Shown here: positions 61,378 to 64,000 of the stretch, in pieces
How the letters are laid out: each line of letters starts with the position of its first letter
Numbering within the stretch: the first letter of the stretch is position 1
Assembly (NCBI GenBank): GCA_021613535.1
Contig: CP075492.1
Location: 9,114,001-9,178,000 of the forward strand
Length of the DNA: 64,000 nt
Reading direction: 5' to 3'
Origin: Adineta vaga
Taxonomy: Eukaryota > Animalia > Rotifera
Translations under genes and position numbers: made by a program
The notes under the pieces: model-generated
Seen by the model: only the letters and a program-made list of their open reading frames with translations
The model's database searches: none
Told to the model about the DNA's origin: nothing

Positions 61378-64000
61378 TTATTTACAAGTTTGTCGAAGAA
61401 TTTCGACATAGTCTGACCCATAATTCGCAATAACCATGTCTAATAGATTATCTTGATTAACATCTCCAATACGAATTGATTTTGGATGTGCATTATAACC
61501 CATCGAATAGATTTGTGCTTCTAAGAAACTTCCATTTCCAATTCCATAGAAAATCAGAACATTACTTGCACCATAATTAGCAATAACAATATCTAAATAA
61601 TGATCATTATTCAAATCATTGATATCGATCGATGAGGGAACAGAACGTGAACCAGTTGAATAATTTCGTAGAAATCGAAAACTTCCATTGCCATTATTCA
61701 GAAATATACTTAGATCATTTGTTTGTGAATTAATAACAAGAATATCAGTATAATTATCAACATTGATGTCACCTACAGCAACACCACTTGGCATTGAATT
61801 GATTTCAGTCGAATAACTCTGTTGATTTCCAAAGACTCCATGACCATCACCATAATAAATTAGAATATTATTTGTAGCAGAATTTGCTACAACAATATCC
61901 AAATGTTGATCATTATTAAAATCATTAACAGCAATCGCTTTTGGTATTGATTGATTTCCTGTTGAATACATAATTGGTGTGGCAAATGGTTCATTACCTG
62001 AACGAAATAAAATACTTATACTATCACTAAAATAATTTGCTGTAACAATATCTAATTGATTATCTTGATTAAAATCAGCAAAAGCAGCAAAAATTGGATT
62101 TGTATTAAAACCAATGAGATAACTTTTTAAAACTGCAAATTCACCATTTCCAAATCCATATAAAACAGCAAGATTTCCCAAATTATCATTTGATATTCCC
62201 CAATCAGTAAGAATAATATCAAGTGAATTATCATTATTTAAATCAATAATAAATATTGAACTTATAAATGGTTGAGAAATAATCGAATACGTAATCATTG
62301 AAGAAAATGTTCCATTGGAAGAACCAAAAAAGATTCCAATATTTGAACTTGTATCACCACCAATGACAATATCAATATTATTATCTCGATTTAAATCACC
62401 TAATGCTAATGAACGTGGTGTAATAGAATTATTTGTTGAATAAATTATCTGTTGTCGAAATGATCCATTACCAAAACCAAAGAAAATTCCAATATTCATT
62501 GTACCTGGATTAGCAACAATTAAATCCAAATATGTATCTTGATTTAAATCATCAACAAGAACATAACTTGGTAAAGATGAAATACCAGTTGATAATGTTC
62601 TTCGACTTATTGGTGAATAATTTCCATCACCAAAATAAATTTCCAAACGATTTAATTCATCATTTGCAACAATAATATCAAGATTTTTATCATTATTTAA
62701 ATCAGCCGAAGCAATGGAACGTGGACTAAATACTTGAGGACTTGTCCAATGTATTTGAGATTGAAATGATCCATTACCAAAACCAAGAAATATTCCCAAT
62801 GTTTGTATATTATAATTACTAAGAATTATATCAAGATTATTATCATGATTAAAATCAATTAGAAGAATACAAGTTGATGAAGATGATGTTTCTAATAATA
62901 ATGTAATTTCATTAGTAAATGATCCATTTCCATTTCCTAAATAAATATCAATAGTATCACCAAATTGATTAAGAACAACAATATCACTAAAATTATCATT
63001 ATTCAAATCAGCAACAACAACATAATTTGGACTTGGTGTTATACCTGATATTGAAATATCTTCTTTTCTATATGTTGGATAATTAAATGCAATAAAAAGA
63101 GCAAAATTATTTGTTCCTTCATTTGTAATTATCATATCAATCCATTGATCATGATTAAAATCACCTAATACAATTGAATTTGGTAATGATTGAGTTCCAG
63201 TTGAATATTTTATTGATTTATCAAATGTTCCATTTAAATTTCCATAAAAGATCTCAATATTATCTTGTAGATAATTTACAATAATTAAATCTGATTGATT
63301 ATCATGATTTACATCACCTACTTGTACATATTGTGGATTTGAATTGATTTCTGTTGAATATTTCAATGTTTTTCTTAGATTTTCATTTGAATAATTATAT
63401 AAAATTTCAATATTATCATTTCCGGGATTTGTTACAATAATTTCAATTTGTTGATCAAAATTTAAATCAGCTAATACAATTGACGATGGATGTGGACCAG
63501 AACCAGTTGAATATGTTTGATTATTTTGAAAATCTGATATAAAATTAACAAGAAGAATTGCAATATTATTTGAACGAGTATTTGAAACAATAATATCGAT
63601 TTGTTTATCTTTATTTATATCAGCAAATACAATTGATGATGGTTCAGATAAAGATCCAGTTGAAAATTTATATGATAAAATAAATTCATTAGTTAATGTT
63701 CCTAAAAGAATTGAAACACTTGAATCCCATAGATTAACAACACCAATATCAAATATTTTATCATTATTAAAATCAATTATTGCTAATGACCATGGATAAG
63801 ATCCAATACCAATTGAATAACGAATTATATTTGTAAAATTATTATTATTTAATCCATAAAGTATTCCAATACAATAAGTTAATGGAGAAGTATAAATAAT
63901 ATCTAATTGATTATCTTGATTTAAATCTTTTACAATTAAATCTGATGGTTTATCATTATTTGTTGAAATATATTTATTATTTGAAAATATTCCATTCGAA
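61378..64000 (-). CDS. FG-GAP/VCBS-repeat beta-propeller protein, 3' part (frame open to the right edge, at least 873 aa)
   Basis: 17 copies of D-[FLVI]-N-x-D-x-x-x-D-[IL] (one with E) with G-x-G-N-G-x-F and YSTG motifs at about 50 aa spacing; no introns; frame stays open from 63999 to the stop at 61378. Confidence 0.92.
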   Translation of the reverse strand, partial: SNGIFSNNKYISTNNDKPSDLIVKDLNQDNQLDIIYTSPLTYCIGILYGLNNNNFTNIIRYSIGIGSYPWSLAIIDFNNDKIFDIGVVNLWDSSVSILLGTLTNEFILSYKFSTGSLSEPSSIVFADINKDKQIDIIVSNTRSNNIAILLVNFISDFQNNQTYSTGSGPHPSSIVLADLNFDQQIEIIVTNPGNDNIEILYNYSNENLRKTLKYSTEINSNPQYVQVGDVNHDNQSDLIIVNYLQDNIEIFYGNLNGTFDKSIKYSTGTQSLPNSIVLGDFNHDQWIDMIITNEGTNNFALFIAFNYPTYRKEDISISGITPSPNYVVVADLNNDNFSDIVVLNQFGDTIDIYLGNGNGSFTNEITLLLETSSSSTCILLIDFNHDNNLDIILSNYNIQTLGIFLGFGNGSFQSQIHWTSPQVFSPRSIASADLNNDKNLDIIVANDELNRLEIYFGDGNYSPISRRTLSTGISSLPSYVLVDDLNQDTYLDLIVANPGTMNIGIFFGFGNGSFRQQIIYSTNNSITPRSLALGDLNRDNNIDIVIGGDTSSNIGIFFGSSNGTFSSMITYSIISQPFISSIFIIDLNNDNSLDIILTDWGISNDNLGNLAVLYGFGNGEFAVLKSYLIGFNTNPIFAAFADFNQDNQLDIVTANYFSDSISILFRSGNEPFATPIMYSTGNQSIPKAIAVNDFNNDQHLDIVVANSATNNILIYYGDGHGVFGNQQSYSTEINSMPSGVAVGDINVDNYTDILVINSQTNDLSIFLNNGNGSFRFLRNYSTGSRSVPSSIDINDLNNDHYLDIVIANYGASNVLIFYGIGNGSFLEAQIYSMGYNAHPKSIRIGDVNQDNLLDMVIANYGSDYVEILRQTCK

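Noticed and set aside
61378-64000. Integrin alpha, CRISPR array or contaminant bacterial DNA
   Set aside because: The repeats are degenerate protein-level units with no spacers, no integrin stalk or transmembrane segment follows, and the ORF lies 204 nt from the intron-rich STRIP1 gene.

Overview
Eukaryotic, very AT-rich, gene-dense DNA with many short (about 45-65 nt) GT-AG introns. Conserved metazoan genes sit beside bacterial-type genes (GH78 rhamnosidase, FG-GAP/VCBS repeat ORF, PPC-like domain). This mix fits a bdelloid rotifer (Adineta-like), which is an inference. Genes in order: MLYCD (partial, -), UGDH (-), a ~16 kb multi-exon gene for a >3000 aa mostly low-complexity protein (-), ATP7 copper ATPase (-), VPS41, PDCD2L, ALG5, HDC (all +), two intronless paralogous membrane proteins (-), an intronless NMNAT/NadD-like nucleotidyltransferase (+), TEX2 (-), an EF-hand protein (+), hnRNP K (+), an intron-containing GH78 alpha-L-rhamnosidase (+), a Thr-rich membrane-anchored PPC-like protein (-), TMEM203 (-), STRIP1/FAM40 (+) and a partial FG-GAP repeat ORF (-). 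Most notable: (1) operon-like tandem gene arrays with a 3' splice acceptor abutting the downstream ATG; PDCD2L and ALG5 are only 39 nt apart, and the foreign-type GH78 gene sits the same way behind hnRNP K; (2) an unrecognised ~110 aa duplicated domain and frabin/neurabin-like actin-binding motifs in the giant protein; (3) a paralog pair I cannot assign to a family; (4) MITE-like fold-back insertions in enlarged introns. Exon boundaries were read by eye and gene names come from remembered motifs, not database searches.
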